64,000 nucleotides of DNA. Origin: Azolla caroliniana (taxonomy: Eukaryota > Plantae > Polypodiophyta). Both the position numbers and the translations under genes were made by a program. Below are positions 61,501-64,000 of this stretch, in pieces. Under the pieces are notes generated by a model. That model made no database searches. It saw only the letters and a list, made by a program, of their open reading frames with translations, and had not been told where the DNA came from. The stretch spans positions 20,460,001 to 20,524,000 of the forward strand of contig JBHGNT010000003.1 of assembly GCA_043228905.1 (NCBI GenBank), written 5' to 3'. The first letter of the stretch is position 1; every line of letters starts with the position of its first letter.

Positions 61501-63475
61501 CAAAATTAGATGTGGAATTGTTGTCCTCTACACTCCAATAATCATACTAGTGGTATCGCAATTGGAGCATGGAATGGTCAACACATCACCTTCTACACAC
61601 TCCACTCCATCTAGTAGCATAATGACAATATGAAGCATAAGCTACAATGGCATGAAAGTTATCTTATGCAAGTTGCATGAATCAAATGGGTACTACCATT
61701 AGCATTAGCATTGCACACATTTTTTTTAATGCTTTGTTTATTGTCCCATTACATATTGCATCACCAAATCCCTTTCTTCCTTGACAAACGGTCAAGAGTG
61801 TAGGTTTTGTTTTTTAATGAGAAAAAAATAAGCACAAATAAAAGTGTCTCATTCTCATTACCTATTTTTTGTGTGGGATGACCGTTGAAAAAACTTTCAA
61901 AAACACTAGTCAAATTTTAAAAAACCAAGATATCACTAAATGATGGAAATTTAGATCCACCAATGTTATTACATTACTTTTAGAAAGCAATTTTATCTAC
62001 AGGAAGAAGACAAAACAAGACAGAAAGTTTGAAGGGGTTGATGTATTACATTTCTCTTTACTTTCATCCTTTCATCATGTCAAGAAGAATATGATGTAAA
62101 GCAACTTTGGAGACTCAATCATGAACACACTTGGAACAACCTCTCTCTATCTAGAGACAATCAATCTTCTCTCTCAATTGTTCTTCTAGAACAATCTTTA
62201 CTCTCTCTTGAGCACAAATGTTCCTAGAACAATGTCCTACCTCACACATGTGCTTTCATTCTCCCCCTCTTATCTCTATCCCTCTTTTGAAGAACTAACT
62301 CTAGCATAATGTCATGTGTGCATGAACGATTTCTTCTTCTTGAACATGATTGTTTTGACGAATATGACGCCATCGATTAGCGCAAGTACTAGTTCAAGTG
62401 AGAGTTCTCATATTGCGTAATGCAACTCCCTTGCATGATTCATTTCATTCAATGGCTCTATGGGGGACATGCCAAAAGATTGAGAAGAGTTGGAAAAGGA
62501 CCTCCAAGGAGATTCGAGAAATATAACAGAAATTTGTTCTAGACGTGGAAATATGGAAAAAAACTCCTCCCCAAACCATTATTTCCATGCCTATCTCTAT
62601 CCCGCTACACTATTAATAGCAAACCATCCATTAAATGTGGCATTTCGTTTCTTATTGACAAACCAAAGATATCTCTATCTCATTACTCTACTTGTAGCAA
62701 ACCATTCATTAAATGTGGCATTTCCTTTATTACTATTTATAGATCAAAGTTATCTCTTCCCGGAGAGAAACAAACCTTCTATCACCCGCCAATTCTCTAC
62801 AACAAACTTCACTCACTTTCTTATTCAATTGCAACATTCAGTAGTACAAAAAAACAAAAAACAAAATACTCCACACAAAACCTTGCATGTGAAACTCATT
62901 CACTTTTGAACCAACTCTCTCAATTGCGACGTTTAGCCAAGTAAAAAAATAAAAATAGCCCACTACTCAACCCCACATTATCATGAAAAGAGGTTATCAC
63001 TTTCGGCCCCATATATATATTATCATTCATGACAGACCCCGAATGATGAAAAGGAAACTCTCTCCATGTATATATGTCAATAGTGCAAACAATTGATTTC
63101 TTCACATAAGCCCAAAATAATATCTCCAAGGAAGCTGTCACCTAGCATGCGGGTGCGCCCACACACACCATAGCTGTCACTCACTGGCACCACCTCACAA
63201 ATTTCCCCGTTCCATAATCACAAAAGAATCCCCCTACCAAAGTTCCTCCAAACATGTTCTTTCAAACAATACAAAAAAAAGTGTGTACATCATTCATTGT
63301 AGGACAGCCCCAAAAAAGGTGAAAAGGAGCTTTTTGAGAAACCCAAACTGTAAAAACAATAAATAATCAATTTCAAAAACTAAGACCAACCAGCACAAGC
63401 AAGCTTGAGAACAAGAAACCCAATCACACCCAATCATAATAAATCAATTGCACAAGCAATAATGAAGAAAAATAC

Positions 63476-63507
<32 letters not shown>

Positions 63508-64000
63508 CAAATTGCATAAGCAAGAGCAAAAAGAAAAAATTACATTGGATGACAATCCATGGTAGAGTTTCTCTCTCCACTAACCTACATATGCCTATTA
63601 CTACATGTATATATACTTTCTCGAATAGGCAGAACAGTAATGGATCTGAAAGTATACACGCTTTCCACACGGGCAAAGGGCAAGGCAAAGCAATGGTGGA
63701 TTCTTTCAACCCCAAACAAAATATGACAATATGCATCATGTGAAAGATGAAAAATGGGCTCATGATCATGAATATGACTGTTTTTTTTACATACAATGCT
63801 GCTGCTGATGGTGGTGGTGGTGGTGGTGGTGGTGGTGTGGTGATGATACATTGAAAAGTTATTTACTGCATTGGGTGAAGATTTTCAAGCAAACAAATGT
63901 TATAGGTAAAAATTAGACGACAATAAATAATCAAATCAAATCAATCAATGGACCCAAAAAATCAATCCCTAACTTCTTTCTTCAACACTCTCAGAAGGCT

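Noticed and set aside
59850-62480. Possible CACTA or other DNA transposon remnant
   Set aside because: No terminal repeats or motif that I can support

Overview
Eukaryotic, AT-rich land-plant nuclear DNA (long TE-filled introns and many (GA)n tracts; a fern-type genome is my guess, not proven). Host genes: first exon of a SYP4/syntaxin-16-type SNARE (-), cyclin T (+, 6 exons), peroxisomal dienoyl-CoA isomerase DCI1 (-, 2 exons), R-SNARE YKT6 (+, 6 exons) and a probably disabled RHY1A-like RING-H2 gene. The rest is mostly transposon-derived. An old Ty1/copia element (6.2-20.1 kb) carries a very young copia (9979-18385), which has an intact sister copy at 46362-51737. There are also solo LTRs, LINE remnants and MITE-like elements. 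The most interesting object is a 3.6-kb minus-strand insert (11573-15146) inside the young copia: a Penelope-like retroelement (PLE) with an uninterrupted RT frame and no visible GIY-YIG endonuclease. It has a Pro-rich ORF1 linked to the RT frame by a canonical -1 frameshift signal (A AAA AAC, 7-nt spacer, 8-bp hairpin), a minimal hammerhead ribozyme behind the RT stop, a ~900-nt repetitive tail and an oligo(A) end. It replaced 757 bp of the copia, left no TSD and has a templated insertion at its 5' junction, which looks like endonuclease-independent patching of a DNA break. All alignments and folds were done by eye.
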